A stretch of 64,000 nucleotides of DNA, taken from the NCBI GenBank assembly GCA_038887515.1, contig JAWAKK010000002.1:160001-224000 (forward strand), written 5' to 3'. A model generated the notes under the pieces. It was not told where the DNA came from. It did not search any database and saw only the letters and a list, made by a program, of their open reading frames with translations. Of this stretch, positions 1 through 10,562 are shown one piece after another. Position numbers and translations under genes: made by a program. This stretch comes from Candidatus Nezhaarchaeales archaeon. GTDB lineage: Archaea; Thermoproteota; Methanomethylicia; Nezhaarchaeales; WYZ-LMO8. Each line of letters begins with the position of its first letter. Within the stretch, counting starts at the first letter, position 1.

Positions 1-463
1 TTACGGCTACTACGTCACTAGAGGAAAAAGGAACCTAACTGACTTAAGGTCATTAGCTCTAAGTCTAAAAGCCTCAAGGCTTATTGTAATCCAAGCCAGA
101 AAAGGAAATCCCAGCAAACTGGACTTTTATGATACTACTTTGGAGGAAGTACCCCTGATCGGCTCAATAAATATATCTGGCGTGAAGCTCGTGAGAGAGC
201 AACCGCACGTCACAAGAGCTCCTTCTAACGTTAAGATAGCTGTTTGTTATGAACCGGGAACGATTCCTCCGGAAATTAAGAGGTCCATAATGTTAATACC
301 TACATTATTTGATTTAGAAGTAAGTACTTCGCAGGATGATAGGTGGGTTGTAAAGATTTCTTGGAGAGAAAAGTGGCTTGAAATATCGTTTATTGATAGA
401 GAAACAACTTTATTCTTTGGTCCCACTATAAGAGTGAGGAACGTTGTCTTATCGACAACATAG
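1..463 (+). CDS. Brix/Imp4-domain ribosome biogenesis protein (5' end outside window)
   Basis: Frame is open from position 2: YYVTRGKRNLTDL...IQARKGNPSKLDFY carries the Brix RGK and KGNP motifs; lies upstream of pcc1 and prefoldin beta as in the exosome superoperon. Confidence 0.75.
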   Translation, partial: YGYYVTRGKRNLTDLRSLALSLKASRLIVIQARKGNPSKLDFYDTTLEEVPLIGSINISGVKLVREQPHVTRAPSNVKIAVCYEPGTIPPEIKRSIMLIPTLFDLEVSTSQDDRWVVKISWREKWLEISFIDRETTLFFGPTIRVRNVVLSTT

Positions 464-704
464 CGCCACGATAGTTGTCCAGACCGAAAAAGATGATGAG
501 TGCGATCTAAGTAAAGTTTTGTTTTCAGCCCTTAAACCTGAAAGTGAGGAAAGAGGGAAGGGATTCTCCGTGGAGATTTCAATGGAAGGAGAAAAAATAA
601 TAGTAAGACTTAGAGCTAAGAGCTTGAGCAGGCTAAGAGCAGTAATGAATTCGTATTTGAGGTGGATAAAGTCTATATCTGAAATTATTGGTGGAGGGAG
701 GTAA
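444..704 (+). CDS. pcc1: KEOPS complex subunit Pcc1
   Basis: ALKPE and LRAVMNSYLRWI motifs; gene context. Confidence 0.85.
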   Translation: MSYRQHSATIVVQTEKDDECDLSKVLFSALKPESEERGKGFSVEISMEGEKIIVRLRAKSLSRLRAVMNSYLRWIKSISEIIGGGR

Positions 705-1061
705 ATGCAACCTCAAATTCCACAGGAAGTTCAATACAAAATCATGCAGTTTCAGGAATTACAGGAGAGAATTAGGGCGCTAATAGTTCGAAGACAACAG
801 CTAGAAGTCGAGTTAAGGGAAGTTGAGAGTGCGCTCGACGAGCTTAAAACCTTAAGCGGTGAAACGCCTATATTCAAGTTCGCTGGAAGAATCTTAATGC
901 GTGTCAATAAAGATTCTATGATTAAAGAGCTTAGCGAAAAGAAAGAAACACTGGAACTACATATAAGGACTTTAGAGAGGCAAGAAGTGCATGCGCGGAA
1001 GAGGCTCGAAGAGTTAAGACAAGACTTAAACCAAGCACTTTCAGGAATCTCTGGAACCTAA
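705..1061 (+). CDS. pfdB: Prefoldin beta subunit
   Basis: Coiled coil with IFKFAGRILM hairpin, 118 aa. Confidence 0.92.
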   Translation: MQPQIPQEVQYKIMQFQELQERIRALIVRRQQLEVELREVESALDELKTLSGETPIFKFAGRILMRVNKDSMIKELSEKKETLELHIRTLERQEVHARKRLEELRQDLNQALSGISGT

Positions 1062-1302
1062 GTTAGGATAGGAAATACTTATCGCGATATCTTCAAGGGG
1101 TTGTTGGAACGCGTTAAGCTACACGATAAGCTCGGCCTAACATTAAGAAATATATGTAGGTATGGAACTATCACTCAATGAAGAGTTTCTAAGGGTTTAT
1201 GCTAGAGGATTTTGTAGAAGGACCATCTTTAAGAAGTCTAGTGATATGATGAAGCCCGCAAGACATACCGAGCATCATTCAACAAAGCATGGAGGAGGAG
1301 TC

Positions 1303-2298
1303 TTGGACCTAGTCCGCCTATTAAGGTTAATTAAACATGCTAGTAAGATAGTTGTAACCAGTCATCAGAATAGCGATGTAGATGCCGTATTGAGTTGCTA
1401 CGTCATAAAGGAACTTATCAATAGGCTCAACCCTTCGGCCAACATCAATATAGTAACATCAGGGATGAACCTGCAAGCAAAGAAAGTAGTAGAAAGTTTA
1501 GGGATTTCGCTGGAAATCCAGGAGGGAAGCGTGTTACTAGACTATGATGTATGTATTTTTGTGGACGTTAACAATCCAATGCATATAGGTGCGCTGAAGG
1601 ATTACATAATCCACGACAAACCTATAGTTATCATAGACCACCATAAGCCATCTATTAACATGCCTCAAAACGCTCTAACCATAATAGATGAGAAAGCTGT
1701 AGCTGCAGCTGAAGTAGTGTGTGACCTCATACGTTACATGGATTTTAAGCCTACGAAAGAGGAAGCTCAATGCTTGTTAGTTGGCATACTTTCAGATTCG
1801 AGGAGGTTATCTATAGGGTCTATTAAAACTTTGAGAAATATGGCTTTTCTACTTTCTTGCGGCGCCTCCTTATCCGAAGCGATCGCCGTACTCGGTATGC
1901 CTATGAATTTCTCAGAGAAGATCGCAAGGCTAAAGGCTTCTCAAAGAGCTTCAATCTACTGTTTAGGTCAATGGATCATTGCGATCTCTAATGTAGGTTC
2001 TTATGAGGCTTCGGCAGCGAGGGCGTTGATTGATCTAGGCGCCGACGTAGCTGCGGTATGTAATGAATTAAATGGTGAAGTTAGGCTTTGCATTAGGGCG
2101 AGCGAGGACTTTGCTAAGAGAACCAATATACATCTAGGAGAGATTCTAGAGAGACTTAGCTTATCAATGTCCGGCTCGGGCGGAGGTCACGCGACTGCCG
2201 CGTGTGCAACCATACCAAGGCGATACAGTGAAGTCGTAAGTGGGCTCTTGAATTTGTTAAGTGACGCTCTCGGGCATGATGTTAAGAAGATGGGTTAA
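1303..2298 (+). CDS. DHH/DHHA1 family phosphoesterase
   Basis: HQNSDVDA, IDHH and GGGHATAA motifs; start moved to TTG 1303 after GGAGGAG. Confidence 0.85.
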   Translation: MDLVRLLRLIKHASKIVVTSHQNSDVDAVLSCYVIKELINRLNPSANINIVTSGMNLQAKKVVESLGISLEIQEGSVLLDYDVCIFVDVNNPMHIGALKDYIIHDKPIVIIDHHKPSINMPQNALTIIDEKAVAAAEVVCDLIRYMDFKPTKEEAQCLLVGILSDSRRLSIGSIKTLRNMAFLLSCGASLSEAIAVLGMPMNFSEKIARLKASQRASIYCLGQWIIAISNVGSYEASAARALIDLGADVAAVCNELNGEVRLCIRASEDFAKRTNIHLGEILERLSLSMSGSGGGHATAACATIPRRYSEVVSGLLNLLSDALGHDVKKMG

Positions 2299-2347
2299 AG
2301 ATATCGTGTCGAAGCATATATGTAAAACTTTGCCAGCAACTTTTTCC

Positions 2348-3907
2348 TCAACATGAACTCACAATCTTCATGGCTTCCTCGAAGCTTTTTAAGAGAAGCT
2401 TCTTATCGCATCCAACGTTGATTACATCCCATGGGGTTTTAGAATCTAGCGATAAAGAGATTTTAGGCAATCTTCTTACAATAGCGGTCCAAGACTCCAG
2501 TCCTTGCTTCACGAGTTCGACTAGGCGTAATCCAAAGCTTTCATCTCCAAGAGATACTAAAGCTTGGTAAGTTGCATTATAGGGGTTTAAAAAGTCAAGT
2601 CGAATCCTTGAGCTTTTGAAGGCTCTTAAGCAATTTCTGTAACTTTCTTTAATTACAGGGGGTTCAGGAGGCGGAAGCCACTGAAATGGTGTGTGCGGTT
2701 TCGGGATCAAGGGGTTTACCGATAAATGTAATGTCAGTTTGCTTTTAGATGCTAGCTTTAATAGTCTCCTTAACAATTGAGCGCTTTCATTAAAATCTTC
2801 CTTAGGTAAGCATGTGATTAGGTAGACCTTGATCTCGGTAAACCCTTTATCGGCGGCTAACTGCACAACTTTCTCTAGTACATCATCGTCGTACGTTTTT
2901 CCTAAAAACATCCTACTTGTATTTGAGAAAGACTCAACTCCCAGGGCTAAGCTCTTCTGACCTGCTTGTCCGATGAGCTCCAAGAGCTCTTCATCTATAG
3001 CATCTGGTCTAAGAGAGGGCATAGAGAGGGTCATACCCCTCGCTATTATCTCCGAGCATACGTCTTTGAGCCAGGGAACATCGAATATTCCTGCACCTAT
3101 GAGTACGACGCGGTTAGCTTTGCTCTTAGAAAGGCCTTCGTCTAATATCTCCCTTATCTTACTTAGGCTTCTGAACCTTAGAGGACCATTTGTCCACGAT
3201 AATAAGCAGAAGCGACATCTTCTATTGCACGAACGAGATATCTCTAGGTAAAAGGCATTTGGAAATATGGGGTCTACAAGCCCTCTTTCGCTACTTGAAG
3301 TAAGTTGAGCTAGTATGTGGGGGGCACTGTCGAGGTTAAAGGCTATGCATCGCTCGACCTTTTCCTTACCAAAACGGTACATGGGCTTTAAGTTGCTTAG
3401 TTCGTCGAGCTTCTCCTTCTTGCCTCTATTACTTTTTAACACCTCTAATAATTCAGTAAGGTATGGTTCTAGCTCACCAATGAATATACAATCAAATATA
3501 GTTGAGACAGGTAATGGATTAGCAGATACCGCTTGGCCGCCAGCGATCAGTATTGGATCTTTTTCGGTACGCTTTTCCGCTAGAGGGTTTATACCAGCGT
3601 TTATGAGCATCCTTATCGTTTTAACGTAATCTTCTTCGTATTGCAACGTAAAAGCGACAACATCGAAAGCCTTCAGCTCCGCACCGCTTTCTATTGTCTT
3701 TGGGGTTTCACTTAGAAAACACCGTTCACATAAAACATCGTCATCTAAATTAAGTAAAAAGTAGAGTTGCTGAACAGTTAAGCCGGTCATACCAGCCTTG
3801 TAGAAATTCGGGTAGCATAGGGCTATTCTCAACCTGCTTCTTTTCCAGTTCTTCCTTATAACGTTGTATTCTAAGAAAACTACCTTCTTCGTCGAGTTTG
3901 TTTCCAA
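2348..3907 (-). CDS. B12-binding-like radical SAM protein
   Basis: CNRRCRFC motif and PKPHTPFQW. Confidence 0.85.
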   Translation of the reverse strand: METNSTKKVVFLEYNVIRKNWKRSRLRIALCYPNFYKAGMTGLTVQQLYFLLNLDDDVLCERCFLSETPKTIESGAELKAFDVVAFTLQYEEDYVKTIRMLINAGINPLAEKRTEKDPILIAGGQAVSANPLPVSTIFDCIFIGELEPYLTELLEVLKSNRGKKEKLDELSNLKPMYRFGKEKVERCIAFNLDSAPHILAQLTSSSERGLVDPIFPNAFYLEISRSCNRRCRFCLLSWTNGPLRFRSLSKIREILDEGLSKSKANRVVLIGAGIFDVPWLKDVCSEIIARGMTLSMPSLRPDAIDEELLELIGQAGQKSLALGVESFSNTSRMFLGKTYDDDVLEKVVQLAADKGFTEIKVYLITCLPKEDFNESAQLLRRLLKLASKSKLTLHLSVNPLIPKPHTPFQWLPPPEPPVIKESYRNCLRAFKSSRIRLDFLNPYNATYQALVSLGDESFGLRLVELVKQGLESWTAIVRRLPKISLSLDSKTPWDVINVGCDKKLLLKSFEEAMKIVSSC

Positions 3908-3985
3908 ATAAGTTCTAGACCCCCATTATCGAAAGGAAGGCAAACGATATAAAAATTAGTTGGACGCACGATTAACCTTTAAGAA

Positions 3986-4618
3986 CTAAGAGACTTTAAG
4001 TTGAGTCGATTGGTAGACGACCTTAGCCTCTTCGCTTTCCTGTGGAACACCTAAGAGCTTACTTTTCATTGCTTCAACTTTTCTAAGGGGATAAATCTTT
4101 TTAGCCTTGTTATATGCGTCGGATGATATTTTCCCCAATACAAGCTCTTGGACAAAATCTTCAAAGTTAAGTTGAGAGGCTTTCTCTTCCACGACTTGTC
4201 TCATTATAGCTCTTATTGCAGACTTTTGAGATGTCTTAGCCCTCTTGACCGTAACAGCTAACATGAAAACCCTCATTCGATAACCGTCCCTAGTCTCAAC
4301 GTCAAATATGCTGTCTATCCTTGAGGAGCCCCTTCTAACTAGGCTTCTTATATAATCCCTCGCAAGTTCATGGCCTTTGAAGATAGTATAGGCCTTGTCT
4401 CCCTCAACCTTAATTATTTGAAAACGTAGCTTTATGTGTTGGTGGGAAAAATCGTTCGTAATGTTGTAAAGGGTTGTCCACATAGTTCTCTTAATAGCCC
4501 TATCGGGAGATGAAACCAAAGCCTTACCTAATTCGGTAAAACCAAAATACTTAGGTGCCACTACTGTAATCCACGTTTTTGGTTGTGCTTTTAATGGTTT
4601 TGCCCTCTTCGAAGACAT
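3986..4618 (-). CDS. rps3ae: 30S ribosomal protein S3Ae (eS1)
   Basis: RDYIRSLVRRGSSRID and KKIYPLRKVE. Confidence 0.95.
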   Translation of the reverse strand: MSSKRAKPLKAQPKTWITVVAPKYFGFTELGKALVSSPDRAIKRTMWTTLYNITNDFSHQHIKLRFQIIKVEGDKAYTIFKGHELARDYIRSLVRRGSSRIDSIFDVETRDGYRMRVFMLAVTVKRAKTSQKSAIRAIMRQVVEEKASQLNFEDFVQELVLGKISSDAYNKAKKIYPLRKVEAMKSKLLGVPQESEEAKVVYQSTQLKVS

Positions 4619-4722
4619 CCAAGATACCCCTTTACTTACCGTAACGCAAATAGAGTTTTCAGCGTAGCGTAAAATCTCGAAAGCAACAATTTAAACCTTT
4701 TTTGTTATGAGTAGCTTTAAAG

Positions 4723-4974
4723 CTACCCCTTGCTCAGCACCTTCAAAGAAGGTCGCAGACATGCAAATATGTCATTCGCTGTGCTTATAATGGTTCCTAT
4801 ATCATCTGACTCGATAAGTATCTTTAGGCTATCCTCGCTTGTCTCTACGACCTGTAACTTTAAGTTTGAAGGAAGTACCTTATTGTCTGGCTCTAATGCT
4901 TTAGCTAGAGCTTCAACGTGGCCTGGAGCATATACGCAAATCTCTAGCAAAAGACGTATTTTACCTCTTTTCAA
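4723..4974 (-). CDS. Pcc1-like paralog (Pcc2-type)
   Basis: ALEPDN motif; lies between a DHH nuclease gene and rps3ae. Confidence 0.7.
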   Translation of the reverse strand: MKRGKIRLLLEICVYAPGHVEALAKALEPDNKVLPSNLKLQVVETSEDSLKILIESDDIGTIISTANDIFACLRPSLKVLSKG

Positions 4975-6421
4975 GCGCGGCCCCCTGTTGTAAAGCTTTT
5001 TCGACTAAGGTATCTACTAGTTTGAAAAATTTGTCTAGAGCTTGGAGGGGTATCGTAGCCCCAGCTGCGACTTCGTGTCCACCGCCACTCCCACCTACCT
5101 GTTCAGCGGCCGACTTAATTATGAAGCCTAAGTTGACTCCACGTTTCAGCATCGATTCATGCATTCGAGCTGAGACCTTGATTTTACCTCCGCTAGAGAG
5201 AGCTATTGATATTAGAGGTTTAGTTATGTTGCATATGTAAGATGATATCGCTATGGAGGATACAGCACCTAAGATCCTCTCGTCAACGATGTTTTTTAAA
5301 TCCATGACTTGGATGCTCTTGAGAGATCTTATGTAAGATGAATCGTTTCGTATTAGAGAAATGTATTGAGCGAGTCTTCTCCTATATTCTAAGGAGATTG
5401 CCTCTGCTTGCATTAAGACCTTCCTATTGCCTAGACCTATCGCCAGTCCAATACTAGGTCTCTTCAGCCTACCGCACGCGTTTAGCGTTTGCGCAAAATC
5501 ATGAGCATATCTTAATGACGAGTCTTCGAATTCGTATAAAAATTCGTAGATACAGCCGAAGAGAGAGTTAGCTGCTTGGGGGCTAAACCCCTTAATTAAC
5601 ATATGTTTTATTAATGCTGTAGCTAGCTTAGAAACCTCGTCAGCGCTTAGATCCTTGTAAGTCGTCAGAGTACCGTCTGGTTTCTTCGTTGGTATCCCAA
5701 TACTTTCAAGGAAACGGTGGCAGGCCACTTCGTCGTAAGTTAGACCAGGTAACAAAGGATCTATGGTATACATAAGCGATTTCACTAGAGGCTGACGAGG
5801 GACTCCGTAGAGTCTTAGTCCCATGTTCTTTCTGACCCAACCCTTTTCTAAAGAGTCCTGTACTATGGATCCATTTATCCCTGTTAAGCCTTTAGCCCCC
5901 TCTTCTTGCCTATCGCCCACGGCCCCCGCTATAGCTAAGTAGGCCATCAAATGGTCTTCGCACTTCATATTTTTAGCTACAAGGTAAGCAAGCCCAGATG
6001 CGCTAACTTCCTTTCCACCGTTGATTCCAAAGGCATGTGGGTTTAACTCATGAACTCTCCGTTCAATAATGGGCTTGGGTCTCAAGGGTTCATGGTGATC
6101 TATTACGCTGGCAGGCTTAAACCCCATTTCAATGATTTTATCTATGGTTGAACTACCCAAGTCAGTAAATACGTAGTAATCGCCTTTAGGGAGGAGACTT
6201 AAAGTGTCGCCATCTACTTGATCTACGACCCTTATTATGAAAGGTCGATCTTGCTTTACGAGTACTCTTGCTATTATCGATGCTGCAGCTAGCCCATCGG
6301 CATCGTAGTGGGTTATTATAACGTACAGGTTAGCTGAAGAGGCCTCAATGGCCTCAGCTACTTGTGAGGCAGAGGCCTCGAGTAGAGGTAGGCTTTCTAG
6401 CGATCCATGGCTTGAAAGCAT
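4961..6421 (-). CDS. RecJ/Cdc45-like DHH nuclease
   Basis: HYDADGLAA, TDLG, IDHH, NACGR and GGGHEVAAGA motifs. Confidence 0.88.
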   Translation of the reverse strand: MLSSHGSLESLPLLEASASQVAEAIEASSANLYVIITHYDADGLAAASIIARVLVKQDRPFIIRVVDQVDGDTLSLLPKGDYYVFTDLGSSTIDKIIEMGFKPASVIDHHEPLRPKPIIERRVHELNPHAFGINGGKEVSASGLAYLVAKNMKCEDHLMAYLAIAGAVGDRQEEGAKGLTGINGSIVQDSLEKGWVRKNMGLRLYGVPRQPLVKSLMYTIDPLLPGLTYDEVACHRFLESIGIPTKKPDGTLTTYKDLSADEVSKLATALIKHMLIKGFSPQAANSLFGCIYEFLYEFEDSSLRYAHDFAQTLNACGRLKRPSIGLAIGLGNRKVLMQAEAISLEYRRRLAQYISLIRNDSSYIRSLKSIQVMDLKNIVDERILGAVSSIAISSYICNITKPLISIALSSGGKIKVSARMHESMLKRGVNLGFIIKSAAEQVGGSGGGHEVAAGATIPLQALDKFFKLVDTLVEKALQQGAALEKR

Positions 6422-6434
6422 ATTCGAATCAGCT

Positions 6435-6893
6435 TTAAGGTATTACGCTTATTTTTTGGGGTTCATATTTCCAGTCGGGGGGCAAAAGTCCTATTCGCTT
6501 GTAATACTTTATGAGTCTATGTATCTTAGACTCTACCAGCTGAAGGCCTCTTAGCGAGAAGTAGTCCTTTGGGTGTTCTTCCAAATGTCTCCTTATCCCT
6601 ATGGCCTTCTTTATTAAGTTAGCGAGGTCCTCTGGAACTGAAGGAGCCAATCCCTTTTCTGCGAGAATTTGAGTTATCTTCTTGCCTATGACCATCTTAG
6701 TTAGAGCTATTCCATGCTGATCTCTAAGTAGGGTCCCTATCATAGATGGAGGATAACCCTTTTTAGCATAGTCTACTATTAATGATATGACCTCATCCTC
6801 AGAAAACTTCAGCTTTGAAGCAACATCACTCGTTACGGGTCTAGTCGAATGCGACTTACCCTTCTCCTTGCCCTTTCGCAATGCGCCTACCAC
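6435..6893 (-). CDS. rps15: 30S ribosomal protein S15 (uS15)
   Basis: PEDLANLIKKA and ESKIHRLIKYYK. Confidence 0.95.
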   Translation of the reverse strand: MVGALRKGKEKGKSHSTRPVTSDVASKLKFSEDEVISLIVDYAKKGYPPSMIGTLLRDQHGIALTKMVIGKKITQILAEKGLAPSVPEDLANLIKKAIGIRRHLEEHPKDYFSLRGLQLVESKIHRLIKYYKRIGLLPPDWKYEPQKISVIP

Positions 6894-6951
6894 CTTTCAG
6901 TTAGTCTCTATGAGGGTACACATAAATATTACGTACTATCAGAACACTACT

Positions 6952-7518
6952 ATGAAAAAACGCTTAACTTACGTCACCAGCAACCCTCATAAAGCAAGCG
7001 AGAGCTTGTCTATATTAAGGGAACTAGGAATAGATGCTGAGGTCATACATATCAGCGTTCCTGAAATTCAATCTGACGACATAATAGAAGTAGCCAGCTT
7101 CAGAGCAAGAGAGGCTTACAAACTATTAAGAAAGCCCCTCATAGTTGAAGATGCTGGCTTGTTTATTGATGCACTTAATGGGTTTCCGGGACCTTATTCT
7201 TCGTACGTCTTTAAGACCATAGGAATTAGCGGGTTATTGAAACTGATGAAGGGTATAAGGAAGAGAAGTGCTACTTTTAAGTCAGTGGTAGCCTTCAATG
7301 ATGGAAGGAGGCTTCGCATATTTATAGGTCAGGTTAAGGGTAAGATATCGTTTAAACCTAAGGGGTCTTCATGGGGATTTGATCCCATATTTGAGCCTAG
7401 AGGGTTGAACGGGTTAACTTACGCTCAACTACCTTTGGAACACAAGAATAAAGTATCTCATAGGAGAAAAGCGCTTGAGAGAGCGGCCCGTTACTTAAGA
7501 AGATGGCTAAACATTTAA
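6952..7518 (+). CDS. rdgB: XTP/dITP diphosphatase (Ham1/RdgB)
   Basis: TSNPHK, EDAGL, GFPGPYS, GFDPIF and SHRRKA motifs; start set at ATG 6952. Confidence 0.92.
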   Translation: MKKRLTYVTSNPHKASESLSILRELGIDAEVIHISVPEIQSDDIIEVASFRAREAYKLLRKPLIVEDAGLFIDALNGFPGPYSSYVFKTIGISGLLKLMKGIRKRSATFKSVVAFNDGRRLRIFIGQVKGKISFKPKGSSWGFDPIFEPRGLNGLTYAQLPLEHKNKVSHRRKALERAARYLRRWLNI

Positions 7519-7565
7519 AAATAGAAGAGAGCTAATGCTCTTTGACCGAGAAGGGGGTTTAGCTT

Positions 7566-7964
7566 TTGTCTCGAAAACCTGTAGACGCCGGCTCGCTTAA
7601 AGAAGGGTCATTTATAGTTATAGATGAAGAGCCTTGTAGAATAGTTGAGGCTGAAAAGTCAAAGCCTGGAAAGCATGGTTCAGCTAAAGTTCGAATAACT
7701 GCCATAGGGATCTTCGACGGCGTCAAGAGGAGCATAGTCGTGCCAGTAGATCAAAAAGTTGACGTTCCTGTAATCGAGAAGAAGGTCGCTCAAGTTATAT
7801 CGATCACACCAACGACCATACAGCTGATGGATCTGTCAAGTTACGAAGTTTCCGAGGTAGCTAAAGAGACGGTCGAACCCGAAATAGTAAATAAGATTGG
7901 CGTAGGCACTGAAGTAGAGGTCTGGGAAATACTTGGTAAAAAGAAGATTATGCGAACAAGATAG
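7566..7964 (+). CDS. eif5a: Translation factor aIF-5A
   Basis: Hypusine motif KSKPGKHGSAK. Confidence 0.95.
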   Translation: MSRKPVDAGSLKEGSFIVIDEEPCRIVEAEKSKPGKHGSAKVRITAIGIFDGVKRSIVVPVDQKVDVPVIEKKVAQVISITPTTIQLMDLSSYEVSEVAKETVEPEIVNKIGVGTEVEVWEILGKKKIMRTR

Positions 7965-7999
7965 CTTATCTAAAGATATCTTAAATAAGGTGATGAGCG

Positions 8000-8881
8000 T
8001 TAAAGATTCAGCGCGTAGGCATTCTATCAAGGATTGATCTAAAGAGTGCTCTAAGGCTAGTAGAGGATGTAACCCTTTACTTAAGTGAAAAAGGAATTGA
8101 AGTGCTCGTAGACCAAGAAGTAACTAATTACTGTAAAAAGTCTGAAGTAAAAAGTCGTGCTTCAGCAGTTGAGATGTTAAAAGGCGCTGACATGATTATA
8201 ACGATTGGGGGCGATGGAACGATCCTCCGAACGATAAGGAGGCTCGGCCCTCCTCTTAGAATCTTGAGTGTAAACATGGGTTATATGGGCTTCTTATGCG
8301 AAGTAGAACCTGATGAGTTTAAGAAAGTTTTGGACGAAGTTCTCGAAGAGAAATATAAGATACAGAGAGTAAACTTGTTGTCGGCGAAGATCGGAGGTAT
8401 CGAGAAAAGCCTTGCGTTGAATGAAGTATTGACCTTCACCTCTGAGCCAGCCAAAGTCCTGGACATCACCGTAAAGGCTGACGATGTTAAGATATTTAGT
8501 GGTAGGGCTGATGGAGTTCTAGTGGCATCGAATATTGGTTCTACCGCTTATGTGGTCTCGCTCGGCGGTCCCTTAGTTGATCCATATGTCCAATGCTTAA
8601 TAGTCGTCGTGCTAAATCCCCTAAGGCTGGGGGTTAGACCAATAATATTGCCAGCAAATAGCAAGGTCGAGATATTGCTCTCTAGACAAGGCTCAAGAAA
8701 GGCGTTCGTTTATGCCGACGGAGTTCTTGTAGACCGGATCGATCGAAGCAAGACCGTAGAGGTATCAATGTCAACGTTATATGTAGATTTTATCAGGGTA
8801 AAGGACGTTAAAAGCTCTTTCTATAAAAAGTTTTACGAGGTACGTATTCGTGGAGGAAAGGAGGATTACAGAGAAGCATAG
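8000..8881 (+). CDS. nadK: NAD kinase (start codon uncertain)
   Basis: GGDGT, NE and G.ADG...GSTAY motifs; frame is open upstream of GTG 8102 to about 7997 and encodes the expected N-terminal strand and helix. Confidence 0.88.
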   Translation, partial: LKIQRVGILSRIDLKSALRLVEDVTLYLSEKGIEVLVDQEVTNYCKKSEVKSRASAVEMLKGADMIITIGGDGTILRTIRRLGPPLRILSVNMGYMGFLCEVEPDEFKKVLDEVLEEKYKIQRVNLLSAKIGGIEKSLALNEVLTFTSEPAKVLDITVKADDVKIFSGRADGVLVASNIGSTAYVVSLGGPLVDPYVQCLIVVVLNPLRLGVRPIILPANSKVEILLSRQGSRKAFVYADGVLVDRIDRSKTVEVSMSTLYVDFIRVKDVKSSFYKKFYEVRIRGGKEDYREA

Positions 8882-9392
8882 TAGGGCTTGCATAGTTTTA
8901 GATACGAGTGCCCTCCTTACGAATAACCTTGTAGGCATCTTACAAGGTTATCATTGTTTCACGGTACCTGATGTCTTAGAAGAAGTAAAGTCTCTGAGAC
9001 ATATGATCTCTGTAGAGGTACTTCTTGACCTTAAGGCATTAAGGGTCGTCGAACCTGATAACTACTACATCGAAAAGATACTTGAAGCTGCAATGGAGAG
9101 CGGGGATATTACATCTCTCTCACGTACGGACGTGAAGGTGCTGGCTTTAGCTCTTCAACTTCAAGCGCAAGGGTTAAATCCAATACTCATGACCGACGAC
9201 TATTCGGTACAGAACTTAGCCTCGCGTTTCAAGGTAGGATACCGTAGCGTTAAAGTAAGCACCATAAAAAAGAGGATAAAGTGGCGTTATCGGTGTACTG
9301 CATGCAGTGCAATTTATGATAAATACGCAAAGACCTGCGCTATTTGTGGACACAAATTAAAAAGAGAGATTGCAAGATATGAAGATCTATGA
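8850..9392 (+). CDS. nob1: Nob1-like PIN/zinc-ribbon rRNA endonuclease
   Basis: [19 protein letters not shown] and CxxC...CxxC motifs. Confidence 0.9.
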   Translation: MEERRITEKHSRACIVLDTSALLTNNLVGILQGYHCFTVPDVLEEVKSLRHMISVEVLLDLKALRVVEPDNYYIEKILEAAMESGDITSLSRTDVKVLALALQLQAQGLNPILMTDDYSVQNLASRFKVGYRSVKVSTIKKRIKWRYRCTACSAIYDKYAKTCAICGHKLKREIARYEDL

Positions 9393-10558
9393 TACCTCAA
9401 TACCGACCATCAAAAACTGCCATAAATATTATTCGCTTGATATATGGAGAAGACGTGGACCGAGTTATAAGGGCCTTGTCATCTCCAGGTTCGTGGTACA
9501 CGGTCCGTGTAAATACATTGAAGAGTTCAGTGTATAAGGTTGAAAAGTACTTCGAAGCCTTAGGTTTCGAAGTGAAGGTGTTTGCTGAACTCGATGCTGT
9601 GCTAATTAAAGTGTTGGGTCCCTTCGAGATACCTGAGTTGGGGAAGAAGATAATAGTTGATAAATTGACGGCTGAGTCGGTTATGGTTGGTGCCGATGTC
9701 TATGTGCCGGGAGTGAAGAAGACGGATTTCTTCGAAAGGGGGGATCTCGTAACGATAACGGATCCCAAAGGAACCCCGGTTGCAATTGGAAGGACATTAA
9801 TTAGTTCAAGGGACTTGAGAATTTTAAATAGGGGGTTGGTCGCCGAAACATTGAGATCTATATATAAAATACCGCCTATAAGGAGCCTAGATGTATACTT
9901 GAGAGGAGAAATCTACCCTCAATCATTGCCGTCGATTCTAGCTGTCAGAGCTTTAGAACCGAAAGAAGGAGAACTCATAGTCGATTTGACGGCATCTCCA
10001 GGAGGTAAGCTTACATATGCAAGCCAACTTATGAATAACCGAGGATTAATAGTGGGGATTGATAGGTCATTATACAAAATAAAAACCTTAGACGAAAACA
10101 TTCATCGTTTAGGGGTTAAGAACGTTAAGACTTTGTGTCTCGACTCAAGGTATGCCGACTTAGAGTTAAGGGAGTTAAGGGGTAATGTAGATGCAGTCAT
10201 GGTTGACCCTCCATGCTCGGCGATAGGTGTAAGACCTAAACTTTACGATATGCTCACCGAGAAAGCCCTTAAAGACCTAAGTGAATATCAAAAGCAGTTT
10301 ATTAGAGCAGGATTTAACTTACTCAAGAAAGGGGGCAGAATGTTGTATTCGGTATGTACTGTGAGTGCTGACGAGTGCGAGCACAACATTAATTACGCTA
10401 TAGAGGATCTCGGCATGCGACCACTTGAGGTCCCGCGGTTAATTGGCGATAAAGGGGTAGAAAGGTTCTCAAAGTATGCAGATAAAGTTGTTAGGTTTCA
10501 TCCACATATTCATGATACTCCAGGCTTTTTCTATGCAGTCCTCGTAAAAGATTGTTGA
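9389..10558 (+). CDS. RsmB/NOL1/NSUN RNA m5C methyltransferase with PUA domain
   Basis: ASPGGK, DPPCS and YSVCT motifs; PUA-like region. Confidence 0.9.
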   Translation: MIPQYRPSKTAINIIRLIYGEDVDRVIRALSSPGSWYTVRVNTLKSSVYKVEKYFEALGFEVKVFAELDAVLIKVLGPFEIPELGKKIIVDKLTAESVMVGADVYVPGVKKTDFFERGDLVTITDPKGTPVAIGRTLISSRDLRILNRGLVAETLRSIYKIPPIRSLDVYLRGEIYPQSLPSILAVRALEPKEGELIVDLTASPGGKLTYASQLMNNRGLIVGIDRSLYKIKTLDENIHRLGVKNVKTLCLDSRYADLELRELRGNVDAVMVDPPCSAIGVRPKLYDMLTEKALKDLSEYQKQFIRAGFNLLKKGGRMLYSVCTVSADECEHNINYAIEDLGMRPLEVPRLIGDKGVERFSKYADKVVRFHPHIHDTPGFFYAVLVKDC

Positions 10559-10562
10559 ATAA

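Noticed and set aside
1162-1302. 5' extension of the DHH ORF and an ATGATGA (C-box-like) motif near 1246
   Set aside because: The extension has no family-like sequence and a better SD/start exists at 1303; no convincing terminal CTGA D box supports a C/D sRNA
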